64,000 nucleotides of DNA from Candidatus Berkelbacteria bacterium (lineage in GTDB: Bacteria > Patescibacteriota > UBA1384 > DTJR01): contig JAPLVK010000015.1 in assembly GCA_026397175.1 (NCBI GenBank), positions 4,996-68,995 of the forward strand, read 5' to 3'. A program made the translations under genes and the position numbers. Of this stretch, positions 17,215 through 27,194 are shown in pieces. The notes below the pieces were generated by a model, which saw only the letters and a program-made list of their open reading frames with translations, made no database searches and was not told the origin of the DNA. Positions within the stretch are counted from its first letter, which is position 1, and each line of letters starts with the position of its first letter.

Positions 17215-18471
17215 TTGGGAATTTTAGATATATTTAAGGGCAAATACAATTTTAACGAGTACGCTATCTCTCTTGATATTGGCACGGAATTTGTTAAAAC
17301 CCTTATTTTTAAGATAGAAAAAGATAAAGCTCGAGTTTTGGGGGTGGGCCGCCAACGCCAGCGATTGGCTGATATTCAAGGTGGCGTGGTTACCGATATT
17401 TATGGGGTAATTAGAAATTGCGAAGCGGCGCTCGAGCAAGCAGCGACGCAAGCCAAAATTATGCCGGAACAGGTGATCATCGGAATCGCTGGTGAGTTAG
17501 TAAAGGGCATAACTACAGATGTAAAGTATATTCGCCCGGATCAAAACGCTAAAATCAATATGGATGAGCTCACCGAAATAGTCAATCGAATTCAAAAACA
17601 CACCTACGAGCGGGCCAGAAAAATTCTTGCATACGAAACGGGGCACAGAGAGGTCAATGTAAAGCTGGTTAATTCGGCTGTGGTTGATGTTAAAATTGAC
17701 GGGTATCATGTTACAAATCCGCTCGGATTTCAGGGTAAAGAAATGGAAGTTAGTGTTTTTAACGCCTTTGCGCCAAATGTTCATCTCGGCGCTTTGCAAA
17801 CCATTGCCGAGAGTTTAGACCTCGATTTGCTGTCAATTGCCGCCGAACCGTTCGCGGTTGCGCGCTGTATGGGTTCAGATCAAGAAAGTGATTTTTCGGC
17901 AATTTTTATTGATATTGGCGGCGGCACAACCGACATCGCCGTTGTTTCGAAAGGTGGATTAGTCGGCACAAAAATGTTTGCATTAGGGGGAAGGGCTTTT
18001 ACAAAAAGGGTTTCGTCGGTTTTGGGCGAGCCGTTTTTAGAGGCAGAGCAAGACAAGCTTAATTATTCCGCCGGCAAACTCCCAGACGATAAAAAAACAA
18101 TTGTCGAAAAAGCCATCAAGCAGGACTGCGAGGTTTGGCTTTCTGGAGTTCAGCTCACTCTCGAGGAGTTTTCCGATTTAGAGCTTTTACCCTCAAAAAT
18201 TATGCTTTGCGGAGGCGGAAGCAACCTGCCTGATATTGAAAGGGTTTTAAACGAGGCAAAGTGGGGCAGAAATGTGCCCTTCGCCAAAAAACCGACTGTT
18301 TCATTTTTAAGACCGAAAAATATTTCTTCGATTATTGACGACACAAACGAATTGACGGAAATTTCGGATGTTACGCCGATGGCTTTGGCTAATTTAGCCA
18401 TTGATGTGGTCGGAAACGAAGGAGTTGTCGAGGGTCTTTTTTCAAAAATAGTAATGACTTTAAGGAATTAA
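17215..18471 (+). CDS. ftsA: FtsA-like actin-fold protein
   Basis: LDIGT, AEP.A, DIGGGTTD, LCGGGS.L motifs. Confidence 0.75.
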   Translation: MGILDIFKGKYNFNEYAISLDIGTEFVKTLIFKIEKDKARVLGVGRQRQRLADIQGGVVTDIYGVIRNCEAALEQAATQAKIMPEQVIIGIAGELVKGITTDVKYIRPDQNAKINMDELTEIVNRIQKHTYERARKILAYETGHREVNVKLVNSAVVDVKIDGYHVTNPLGFQGKEMEVSVFNAFAPNVHLGALQTIAESLDLDLLSIAAEPFAVARCMGSDQESDFSAIFIDIGGGTTDIAVVSKGGLVGTKMFALGGRAFTKRVSSVLGEPFLEAEQDKLNYSAGKLPDDKKTIVEKAIKQDCEVWLSGVQLTLEEFSDLELLPSKIMLCGGGSNLPDIERVLNEAKWGRNVPFAKKPTVSFLRPKNISSIIDDTNELTEISDVTPMALANLAIDVVGNEGVVEGLFSKIVMTLRN

Positions 18472-20310
18472 ATGGACGAAATATTATATTTAGAGGCAGA
18501 CGAAGAAATAACTTCCGTTGTTGATAAACTCAAAGGGCTAGAAACCAAGTCCGTTGGTTTGGTTGCGCCCAAGGGCTCAACCATTGTCCAGTCGCTTGTT
18601 TCTTTAAAACTTCTTAAAAAAGAGGCAAAAGCGCTGGGCAAAGAAATCGCCATTATCACTTCGGACGAAGTGGGGCAAAATTTAGCAAGTAGGATAGACC
18701 TTCCTGTTTACGAGGATGTAAGGAGCAAGACCCCGATTAAACCAACCGGGCAAAAGGATCCAGAGATAAAAGAACCGGTCGAAATTGACATGGAAGAGGG
18801 CTCAAAATCTGACAAAGCCGAGAAAGAAAATCAAACAAAACAAAGCGAGGAACAGGAAGATGTTCCGGAAAATTTCGAGGTCCACAGATACGACGAAGAT
18901 GCAAAGCAAGAAGAACCGATTACTAAACAAACCGAGCTGGATAAAACCGAATCGCAATTAGCCGAAGAGTCCCCCGAGTCAACGGTTTCCCAACTTCAAG
19001 ACCAGACCAAAATCGAAACACAGGCACCGCACGAAGAAATTAAGCAAACGGAAGGTGAGGACAAATTTGTAACTAGACCGGTGGCAAAAATGTCTCATGA
19101 TATTGATCGCCACGAGTTGGAAGCGGCGCGCCCAATAAGCCAGGGATATAATTCAAACCCGATCAAAAAAGGCAAAAAGAGCAAAGCGGGTTATATTTTT
19201 GCCGCGGGCTTTGTTTTCTTCCTGCTAATTTTGTTGGCAGCCGATTTAACAATTGCCAAATTAAATATCAAATTAACGGTTCCGGCCGAAGCAATAACCA
19301 AGGATGTTGCCGTTCAAGTTGAAAAAGATCGGCCAGTAGTTGATCTTGAACAAAGCATAATTCCCGGTGTTCAGGTTTCTAAAGAAAACGATTTTGAGCA
19401 AACAATTCAATCAACCGGCGAAAAAGATGCCGGCACTGCCGCCAAAGGAACTCTAACTTTTAAAAATGATTCGGGGGTTGATGAAACCATAAATTCGGGG
19501 ACGACAGTTCGATCCTCAAACGGAATCGATTTTATCCTTGATAGTTCAATCACAGTACCAAAGGCCTCTTTAAATTCAGCCGGCGATAAAGTGTTGGGGC
19601 AGGCAACCGGTTCGGTTACGGCAAAGGATGTCGGAAGTTCCGGGAATCTTTCAAATTCAACGACCTATGCAATTTCGTCAAAGCCAAAAATATCCGTTTC
19701 AGGCGGAACAAACGGTGGAGTTACAAAAAAAGTAAAAGTGGTCTCAAGATCAGATATTGAAAATGCCAAAAATAAATTAAAAGATGCAGCCAAAGAGGAA
19801 CTTTCAAAGCCAACCGATGATCAAAAGGACTATGTTTATCTGTCTGACGCCGGCACTGTCGAGATCTCGGACTTCTCATCGGATAAAAGCGTTGGCGACG
19901 AGGCAGATAGCTTTAAGGCCAAAGCCCACGGGAAATTTACGAGTTTAATTTATAAAAGCGATGACCTAAAACAAGCAATCACTAAGTCCGTCGAGAAAGG
20001 GCTGACCAACAATCAAAATTTGCTTCCTTCGGATACGGACGAAATTCAAACCACAATAAAAGAAAACAATATCAATATCGGCAAAATGACTCTTGCCAAC
20101 TCGTTCAAAAGCCATGTTGGTCCAAAGCTTGATCTTGGGAACTTACAAAAATCGTGGCGGCTCAAGCCAATCAAGAAAATTAAAGATAGTTTAGCCAGCG
20201 TTGAAAATGTGCAAATTGATGATATTTCGCTATCGCCCAATTTTGCTTTGCCGGTCGGGCCAATTATGAAATCACACATTATTGTTAAAATTGATTACAC
20301 AAAAAAGTAG
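18472..20310 (+). CDS. Membrane protein with baseplate-J-like domain
   Basis: YLE.D.EITSV N-terminus, acidic linker, TM, A.G.L.F.N / V.A...G..GN motifs. Confidence 0.6.
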   Translation: MDEILYLEADEEITSVVDKLKGLETKSVGLVAPKGSTIVQSLVSLKLLKKEAKALGKEIAIITSDEVGQNLASRIDLPVYEDVRSKTPIKPTGQKDPEIKEPVEIDMEEGSKSDKAEKENQTKQSEEQEDVPENFEVHRYDEDAKQEEPITKQTELDKTESQLAEESPESTVSQLQDQTKIETQAPHEEIKQTEGEDKFVTRPVAKMSHDIDRHELEAARPISQGYNSNPIKKGKKSKAGYIFAAGFVFFLLILLAADLTIAKLNIKLTVPAEAITKDVAVQVEKDRPVVDLEQSIIPGVQVSKENDFEQTIQSTGEKDAGTAAKGTLTFKNDSGVDETINSGTTVRSSNGIDFILDSSITVPKASLNSAGDKVLGQATGSVTAKDVGSSGNLSNSTTYAISSKPKISVSGGTNGGVTKKVKVVSRSDIENAKNKLKDAAKEELSKPTDDQKDYVYLSDAGTVEISDFSSDKSVGDEADSFKAKAHGKFTSLIYKSDDLKQAITKSVEKGLTNNQNLLPSDTDEIQTTIKENNINIGKMTLANSFKSHVGPKLDLGNLQKSWRLKPIKKIKDSLASVENVQIDDISLSPNFALPVGPIMKSHIIVKIDYTKK

Positions 20311-20354
20311 TCGTTTCGCGAAATATTAACCAATTGTGCTAGAATAATTTTTGT

Positions 20355-20807
20355 ATGATAAATCAAACAAAAAACCCAGATCAGTTCTCTGGCAACATTA
20401 AAAAATCAGAAGTTACTCTGGCTCTCGATTTAGGAAAAAGGCGAGTTGGTGTGGCTTTATCGCACGGGATTATTGCCGAAGCGCAAAAAACAATTTTACT
20501 AAATGAATCAAAACCCGAAGAATTTTTCCCAAAGTTAAAAAAAATTACCGAAGAACAAAAAGTAAAAAAAATCATTGTCGGTTTACCGCTTGGTAAAAAT
20601 CTTCAAGAAACAAAACAAAGTGTTTGGACTAGGGATTTTGCCTCTAAAATAGAGAGAGAACTTCGACTCCCGATCGAATTTGTCGAAGAATCATTTTCTT
20701 CAACTTCAGCTTTGGAAGATCTGAAGAAGGGAAAACGGTTCAAAAAAGAAGAAATAGATGCGCAGTCCGCCAAAATTATTTTAGAGCAATATTTAAATTC
20801 AAAATGA
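20355..20807 (+). CDS. ruvX: YqgF/RuvX pre-16S rRNA nuclease
   Basis: LALDLG..R.GVA.S, VGLP, E..SS, ID..SA.IIL..YL. Confidence 0.9.
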   Translation: MINQTKNPDQFSGNIKKSEVTLALDLGKRRVGVALSHGIIAEAQKTILLNESKPEEFFPKLKKITEEQKVKKIIVGLPLGKNLQETKQSVWTRDFASKIERELRLPIEFVEESFSSTSALEDLKKGKRFKKEEIDAQSAKIILEQYLNSK

Positions 20808-21859
20808 AACCTGATATCTCGCATTATAAAAAAGAAAAAAAACACGATCAGGAGCTGGTCGTCCGGTTGGGAACGGAGGGACTCAAAAAGATTATTGACA
20901 AGAAAAGCACTCTTTATTTTATCGCTGGCACAATACTGGTCTTTTTGATTTTTATTATCTCGTGGGTCAATTTTCAAAAACGCCCGGTTGCCGATTCAAC
21001 ACAGGACTATAAATATTTTGAAATCACAAAAGGGGAGACAACAAAAGGAATTGGGATAAAGTTAAAAGAGGCCGGGCTGGTTAGATCTGACCTTGCTTTT
21101 TATTTAAACTCCAAAATGTCGTTTAAAAATCTTCAGGCAGGAAATTACAAATTGGCGGCAACGATGGATATGGATGAAATCATCAAAAAATTCCAGAAAG
21201 GAGATGTGGATGCTTTTTCAGTAACGATTCCCGAGGGTTATAGGGTTCTGCAGATTGCCAAAACACTTGAAGAAAAGGGTAAAGTTGATCCGAATAAGTT
21301 TATCGAAGCGGCAATAGGCACCGAAGGGACTCTGTTTCCGGACACCTATGTTTTTCCACTCAATCTAGAACCCGCCAAAATTGTTCGGGAGATGAAGGAT
21401 GATTTCGAAAAGCGAACTCAAAAATATCGGTTATCGGCCGATCAACTAATTCTTGCTTCAATTGTTGAACGCGAAGCGAAAAAAGATGACGAGCGGCCAA
21501 AAATTGCTGCGGTTTATAGAAACAGGGCAGATCAAAATATGCTACTTCAAGCGGATCCGACAGTTCAATATGCGCTTGATACGCAAAAATATTTAAAAGA
21601 TAAATCGCTCGATTTTGCCTTTTGGGCTGCTCCCACAAGCCAAGAAATAAAGGATTTGGTTTCGCCTTTTAATACTTATAAACAAAAAGGTTATCCGCCG
21701 GCACCAATCTGTAATCCCGGCATAAAAAGCATCGAGGCAGCAATAAACCCGGAACCGAATTTCGACTATTTATATTTTTTTCACGATAAAAATCAACAAA
21801 TTCATTTTTCTAAAACCTATACCGAGCATTTGAAAGCGATACAGGACTTCGGGCTGTAA
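20804..21859 (+). CDS. mltG: Endolytic transglycosylase MltG
   Basis: TIPEG, EG.LFPDTY, ASIVERE, LQADPT, PICNPG. Confidence 0.92.
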   Translation: MKPDISHYKKEKKHDQELVVRLGTEGLKKIIDKKSTLYFIAGTILVFLIFIISWVNFQKRPVADSTQDYKYFEITKGETTKGIGIKLKEAGLVRSDLAFYLNSKMSFKNLQAGNYKLAATMDMDEIIKKFQKGDVDAFSVTIPEGYRVLQIAKTLEEKGKVDPNKFIEAAIGTEGTLFPDTYVFPLNLEPAKIVREMKDDFEKRTQKYRLSADQLILASIVEREAKKDDERPKIAAVYRNRADQNMLLQADPTVQYALDTQKYLKDKSLDFAFWAAPTSQEIKDLVSPFNTYKQKGYPPAPICNPGIKSIEAAINPEPNFDYLYFFHDKNQQIHFSKTYTEHLKAIQDFGL

Positions 21860-21976
21860 ATTTTAGAGGAATTGGACTAAAGAACTAACAAAACATTGGG
21901 GTTTGACATATGCAAGTTGCCTGATAAAATCAAGCTCTGAAGCGAAAGCCGCTAATTTTTAAATTTAAGGTGGGCG

Positions 21977-23017
21977 ATGCTAAAAAGATTATTCGGAATT
22001 TTTTCTCAAGATATCGGGATTGACTTGGGCACGGCCAACACACTTGTTTATGTTAAAGACAAAGGTGTTGTTTTAAATGAACCATCTGTTGTTGCGATCA
22101 ATCAAAAAACCAAACAGGTTCTCGCAATCGGCGAGGAAGCAAAAAAAATGGTTGGTCGTACCCCTTCTTATATTGTGGCAGTCAGGCCTCTGGCTGATGG
22201 TGTAATTTCCGATTTTGAAGTAACCGAACAAATGTTACGGTATTTTATTCAAAAAACCGGAAAACAAAAGTGGAGTATGACGCCTCGTCCGCGAGTAGTT
22301 GTTGGTGTTCCCTACGGCGTTACCGAAGTTGAGAGACGGGCTGTCGAAGAAGCAGCTATTAACGCAGGAGCGCGGGAAGTTTATTTAATAGAAGAACCGC
22401 TGGCCGCGGCCATTGGCGCCAGAATCCCCGTGCAGGAAGCAACGGGCAGCATGATTGTTGATATTGGCGGAGGAACCACGGAGGTGGCAGTTATTTCTTT
22501 GGGCGGTGTTGTTTCCAGCCGATCGCTACGGATTGCCGGGGACGAAATGAACGAAGACATTGTTGCATATGCCCAAGACCAATTTAATCTGTCGCTTGGT
22601 CTTAAAACCGCAGAAGAAATCAAAATTGCGATCGGTTCGGCAGTCGAACTAACAGAGCAGCTCACCTATCCTATGCGCGGACGGGATTTGGTAACAGGAC
22701 TCCCCAAAGAAATTATTATAAGCGACGATGTAATCAGACAGGCAATTTTTAAATCGGTTAAATCAATTGTTGACGCAGTCAAGTCAACGATCGAAGAGGC
22801 GCCCCCGGAATTGGTGGCCGATATTTTAGAGAGGGGGATAATTTTAGCAGGCGGAGGGGCGCTTTTGCGCGGTCTTGACCAGTTGATTTCGCGTGAGACC
22901 CAGACCAGAGTTCACATTGCCGATGATCCTTTGACTTCGGTTGTGCGTGGTACGGGTGTTGTAATTGAGGATCTTGATAATTTGCGCGATGTTTTGCTGT
23001 CCAGCGCTTTAAACTAA
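21977..23017 (+). CDS. mreB: Rod shape protein MreB
   Basis: IGIDLGTANT, EPSVVA, DIGGGTTEVA. Confidence 0.97.
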   Translation: MLKRLFGIFSQDIGIDLGTANTLVYVKDKGVVLNEPSVVAINQKTKQVLAIGEEAKKMVGRTPSYIVAVRPLADGVISDFEVTEQMLRYFIQKTGKQKWSMTPRPRVVVGVPYGVTEVERRAVEEAAINAGAREVYLIEEPLAAAIGARIPVQEATGSMIVDIGGGTTEVAVISLGGVVSSRSLRIAGDEMNEDIVAYAQDQFNLSLGLKTAEEIKIAIGSAVELTEQLTYPMRGRDLVTGLPKEIIISDDVIRQAIFKSVKSIVDAVKSTIEEAPPELVADILERGIILAGGGALLRGLDQLISRETQTRVHIADDPLTSVVRGTGVVIEDLDNLRDVLLSSALN

Positions 23018-23019
23018 AA

Positions 23020-23790
23020 ATGAACAAAAATTTCGTCTTAAAGTTTATTTTAACGGTTGGGCTTTTAATAATCCTCTATTTAATTTGGCCACTGCCTTTT
23101 TTGTGGGTATCTAAAACAATCTTATTGCCACCGATAGAAAAAATCGGAAATGTTCTGGAGGCCTCGGTTTCTCCTTTCAGAACTCTTTCGAAAATTTCCA
23201 AACTCGACAAGGATAGCAAACAGTTAGACAACGAAAATCAGGCCTTAGAAGCTCAAATTGCCAAACTTACCGAAACGAATTATTTGTGTAAAGAAGTGCA
23301 GGCCGAAGAAAGCACTTTGCTGGGTAAGTTTTTTACGCAAACCGCCAGAGTGATTGGTCGGACACCTTTTTCTTTTAACCAGACCATCATCGTTGATAAG
23401 GGCTCAAATGATTCGATAAAAGAAGGGGCGGCGGTTTTATCAAACGGTACTTTTATTGGGAAAGTTACCAAAGTTGATGCCTCAAGAAGTGAAGTTCGGC
23501 TCATCACGAGCCATGACAGTTTGATCCCAACTATTTTAGAACAAAGCCGTCAAACAGGCATTGTTCAGGGTGGGCTAGAGGGCTTAACGCTAAGCGATGT
23601 TTCAGTTGATGGAAAAATTAGCGCGGGCGAAAATATTTTAACAAGTGGTTTGGGCGGCGATTTGCCCGCAGGGATTTTAATCGGCCAGGTGTCACAAATT
23701 ATCGGTGTTGAAGGTGGGCTTTTTCAATCAGCCAAAGTGAATTTCCCTGTCAATATTTCGTCAATTGAAGTAGTGAGCATTATCAAATGA
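23020..23790 (+). CDS. mreC: Rod shape protein MreC
   Basis: TM plus coiled coil, DKGS, TSGLGG..P.G; operon position. Confidence 0.9.
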   Translation: MNKNFVLKFILTVGLLIILYLIWPLPFLWVSKTILLPPIEKIGNVLEASVSPFRTLSKISKLDKDSKQLDNENQALEAQIAKLTETNYLCKEVQAEESTLLGKFFTQTARVIGRTPFSFNQTIIVDKGSNDSIKEGAAVLSNGTFIGKVTKVDASRSEVRLITSHDSLIPTILEQSRQTGIVQGGLEGLTLSDVSVDGKISAGENILTSGLGGDLPAGILIGQVSQIIGVEGGLFQSAKVNFPVNISSIEVVSIIK

Positions 23791-24257
23791 GCTACTTAAG
23801 AGTTATAATTATATTTTTTGTAATTTTTGTTCTTGATCAGATAATCGCTGGCCGATTTTTTTGGGAATTTCAAATTTCGCTATTAGTCCCCCTGATCTGT
23901 TATCTCGCGGTTTATTCACCTTTAAAAGAAGGACTGGTTGGCGCTTTTTTTGTTGGCTTCTTATTTGATATCAGCTCGTTGAGCAATCATATTTTTATGA
24001 CAATTTTTTTAATAGCCGAGGTCTTGATAATTTATTATTTGAAGAAAAAACATATCAACTTTACGAGTCCATTGTTTCTATTTCTGGGAAGTTTATTTTT
24101 TTTGATAATTTTTATAGTTATAGGTCAAATTATGTTTAATAAGATAAATTTAAGCTCAATTGGGTACTCTTTAATAGGCAATATTTTTGTTGCTTTAATT
24201 CTTTTGCCTAGTTCAACTTTGTTTAAGAGGTTATTTAGAAATGCCCGAACCACATAA
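23787..24257 (+). CDS. mreD: MreD-like membrane protein
   Basis: Polytopic, G...D motif, lies between mreC and mrdA. Confidence 0.75.
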   Translation: MSYLRVIIIFFVIFVLDQIIAGRFFWEFQISLLVPLICYLAVYSPLKEGLVGAFFVGFLFDISSLSNHIFMTIFLIAEVLIIYYLKKKHINFTSPLFLFLGSLFFLIIFIVIGQIMFNKINLSSIGYSLIGNIFVALILLPSSTLFKRLFRNARTT

Positions 24258-26130
24258 AAAAGAAAATATTTTTTCCAAATTTAAGCCGATGGGTAAAATC
24301 AAGGATTTTCTGTCGGAGCGCTCTTATTATGACAGGGATGGCTCAATTTCAGGTCTCCAACATCGCTTCTTTAACTGGGGATCAGTCATGGTTGCAATTT
24401 TTGTTGTTTTGATTGTAACACGACTATTTACCCTACAGGTTCAAGAGGGCTTTATTAATCTAAAACTGGCCGAAGGAAATCGCCTTAAAAATATCCCCGT
24501 TTCAGCTCCAAGGGGAATTGTGCTTGACGATCAAGGCAAACTACTTGCTTCAAACGATTCAACTTACGAGCTGATTATCCGATTAAATATGAAAAAGGAC
24601 TTAAACTCGATTGAGCCGCAAGTTTTTAATACTGCCGGTATCTCAAAGGAAGATATCGAAAAGGAATTTGATAAAGGTCAAAATTTATTTGGTTACTTTA
24701 TTTTACGCGAAAATATTAATCGCGATGATGCTCTGCTTTTGAAATCACGGCTTCCGGCCTATGGCCCGTTTGAAGTGATGCCGACTTTTATTAGAAAATA
24801 CGCAACCAATAATTTATCACATGTTTTAGGGTATCTTGGTAAGGTTTCCGAAGATGAAGGCAAAGATAAACCCTCACTTCTTGTAAATGGCATTACGGGT
24901 AAATCGGGACTTGAAAAAACATATGACGAATATTTACAGGGAATTCCCGGGTTCAGGCGCGCCGAAGTTGACGCTCAAAATCGTGTAGTTCGTTTGCTTT
25001 CTACCCAAGAGCCACAAGCTGGCAATACCTTGCAGTCATCAATTGATTTGGATTTGCAAAACTTTGCTTCGGCAAAACTCGAAGAAAAAGCCAAGGACTT
25101 AAATACCAAGGGGGCGATTATTGTAATGGATCCACGAAGCGGAGCGGTTAAAGCGATGGTTAGCTTCCCATATTTTGACAACACTAAAATGTCAACGGGA
25201 ATAACCCAAGAGGAATATTCGAAAATTGCTGATGATCCTGCGCATCCCCTCATCAATCGAGCGATTTCGGGCGTTTATCCATCGGGCTCTTCGATCAAGC
25301 CATTTATTGCCACATCTGCCCTTGAGTTTGGAATTGTTGATGAAAACTTGTCATTTGACACCCCGCCATTTATTGAAATTGGGCAATGGAAATTTCCCGA
25401 CTGGAAAGATCACGGCTCAACCGATATCAAGCGTGCGATTGCCGAATCAAATAATGTTTTCTTTTATTCTTTGGGCGGTGGCTTCGGTCCGATCAAAAAG
25501 GGATTAGGGCCGGATGGTATGAAAAAGGGACTCGAGCGGTTTGGTTTTAACAGTAAGACAGGAATTGATTTAACCGGTGAGTCGGAGGGATTTATTCCAA
25601 CTCCGGATTGGAAAAAGAAGAAGACCGGTGAGTCATGGTTTATTGGAAATACTTATAATATGGCAATCGGGCAAGGTGATCTTCTGGTTACTCCGATTCA
25701 AATTGCCAATGCCACTTGTGCAATCGCAAACGGCGGAAGGGTTTATAAACCGAATTTTGTTAAAAAAGTGGTTGATTATACCGGAAAGACCGTCAAGGAG
25801 TTTACGGATGCCGATAACTTGGTTCAAAAAGATATATTTGGTTCTCACAATCTTGATATTGTAAGGCAAGGGATGCGGATGACCGTAACACAGGGTTCGG
25901 CCTATTCCGTTTTTGGCAATAATTTTCCGCTTGCCGTTGCCGCCAAAACCGGAACTGCGCAATTTGGAAATGAAGGAAAGACCCACGCTTGGTTTTCCTC
26001 TTTTGCTCCTTACGATGATCCGCAACTTGAGGTAACAGTGCTTATCGAGGGTGGAGGCGAGGGGTATCAGACCGCCGCCCCAATTGCTAAAGACATTTAT
26101 CAGTGGTGGGCGGACAATCGTATGAAATAG
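24241..26130 (+). CDS. mrdA: Penicillin-binding protein 2
   Basis: SxxK (GSSIKP), SxN (ESNN), KTGTAQ motifs. Confidence 0.93.
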   Translation: MPEPHKKENIFSKFKPMGKIKDFLSERSYYDRDGSISGLQHRFFNWGSVMVAIFVVLIVTRLFTLQVQEGFINLKLAEGNRLKNIPVSAPRGIVLDDQGKLLASNDSTYELIIRLNMKKDLNSIEPQVFNTAGISKEDIEKEFDKGQNLFGYFILRENINRDDALLLKSRLPAYGPFEVMPTFIRKYATNNLSHVLGYLGKVSEDEGKDKPSLLVNGITGKSGLEKTYDEYLQGIPGFRRAEVDAQNRVVRLLSTQEPQAGNTLQSSIDLDLQNFASAKLEEKAKDLNTKGAIIVMDPRSGAVKAMVSFPYFDNTKMSTGITQEEYSKIADDPAHPLINRAISGVYPSGSSIKPFIATSALEFGIVDENLSFDTPPFIEIGQWKFPDWKDHGSTDIKRAIAESNNVFFYSLGGGFGPIKKGLGPDGMKKGLERFGFNSKTGIDLTGESEGFIPTPDWKKKKTGESWFIGNTYNMAIGQGDLLVTPIQIANATCAIANGGRVYKPNFVKKVVDYTGKTVKEFTDADNLVQKDIFGSHNLDIVRQGMRMTVTQGSAYSVFGNNFPLAVAAKTGTAQFGNEGKTHAWFSSFAPYDDPQLEVTVLIEGGGEGYQTAAPIAKDIYQWWADNRMK

Positions 26131-26302
26131 TATTTGATTCAATGCTTTTTCTTTACTTTACGAACTTTATAAACTTTATGAACTTTTTACTATCTCGGCC
26201 TATTGATTTTTATATTACTTTTTTGCTATACTAATCAAAGTAAATCCCAGTGTCATGGGGTTTTGTTGTCAAATAATGGGCCAAAGGCCCACAAGGAAAA
26301 AA

Positions 26303-26764
26303 ATGGCTGAAAAGAGAATTAAACTAACCAAATTGGGCCGAGAAAAACTCGAAAAAGAACTTGAGGAGCTTGTTAAGGTTAAGCGACCGGAAATTATTGA
26401 TCGAATCAAAAAAGCCAAGGATTACGGCGATTTGAGCGAAAATGCGGAATATGAAGAGGCGCGAAACGAGCAATCGTTTATCGAGGGAAGGGTTCAGGAA
26501 ATTGAATATATGCTTAAGAGTGCCGAAATTGCCGAGAACACAAAAGGCGGGGTGGTTGGTGTCGGTTCATCTGTTAAAGTTAAAATGGACGGCGAAGAAA
26601 TGACTTACGAAATTGTTGGTTCAACCGAAGCCGATCCGACAGAAGGTAAAATTTCGAGCGAATCACCGATCGGTTCTTCTTTAGTTGGCAAAAAGGCCGG
26701 AGATACTTGCAGTGCCAAAACCCCCGGCGGCGAAATCGAACTCAAAATCCTCGCCGTAGAATAG
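26303..26764 (+). CDS. greA: Transcription elongation factor GreA
   Basis: GDLSENAEY, IS.ESPIG; ATG 26303 with AGGA RBS. Confidence 0.95.
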   Translation: MAEKRIKLTKLGREKLEKELEELVKVKRPEIIDRIKKAKDYGDLSENAEYEEARNEQSFIEGRVQEIEYMLKSAEIAENTKGGVVGVGSSVKVKMDGEEMTYEIVGSTEADPTEGKISSESPIGSSLVGKKAGDTCSAKTPGGEIELKILAVE

Positions 26765-26780
26765 ATAAATTAGGTTGTAA

Positions 26781-26808
26781 AAAAACAGGCCCGCAAGGGC
26801 CTGTTTTT
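26781..26808. terminator. Bidirectional intrinsic terminator
   Basis: AAAAACAGGCCC-GCAA-GGGCCTGTTTTT. Confidence 0.85.
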
Positions 26809-26849
26809 GATGTGGGATGTTATTGGTATGCTGGCGACCAACTATTTCT

Positions 26850-26900
26850 TGTCATCCCGGGCATAGTCGAGGGATCCCTGCCTGCCGGCAGGCAGGTCTC
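26850..26900. repeat. Nested REP-like elements
   Basis: TGTCATCCCG...GAGGGATC joined to CCTGCCTGCCGGCAGGCAGG (26877-26896); the 20-mer recurs at 54016 and, with one change, at 5920. Confidence 0.7.
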
Positions 26901-27039
26901 GCGAATGTGAGATGAACATCGTTCCCCTTGGCACTTACGCCAAGTAATCCCGAAAGTCACGAGGACTTAAGCTCCGCTGTCACAGCGTAATGTGAGCACA
27001 AACAGAGGCGCGCGTTTATACCGCACCTCTTCAACATAT

Positions 27040-27074
27040 AGGGCTCGGAGGCCACAAGCCCCCGAGCCCTTTTT
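27040..27074 (+). terminator. Intrinsic terminator upstream of serS
   Basis: AGGGCTCGG...CCGAGCCCT followed by T run. Confidence 0.7.
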
Positions 27075-27194
27075 GATTTATACCAACTTTATAAACTTTA
27101 AAAACCTTCTAACTTTATGAACTTATCAAAGCATTTGAATTTCTAAGGTATTATGGTTATAATCAAACCAGTAAAAACCTAAAAGGGGCTCAAG

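Noticed and set aside
18472-20310. Prophage, from the baseplate-J-like domain
   Set aside because: No other phage genes; it sits in a housekeeping ftsA-ruvX-mltG context.
26915-27194. T-box riboswitch for serS
   Set aside because: No GGTGG-NACC T-box consensus before the terminator; a separate -10 (TATAAT) lies downstream of it.
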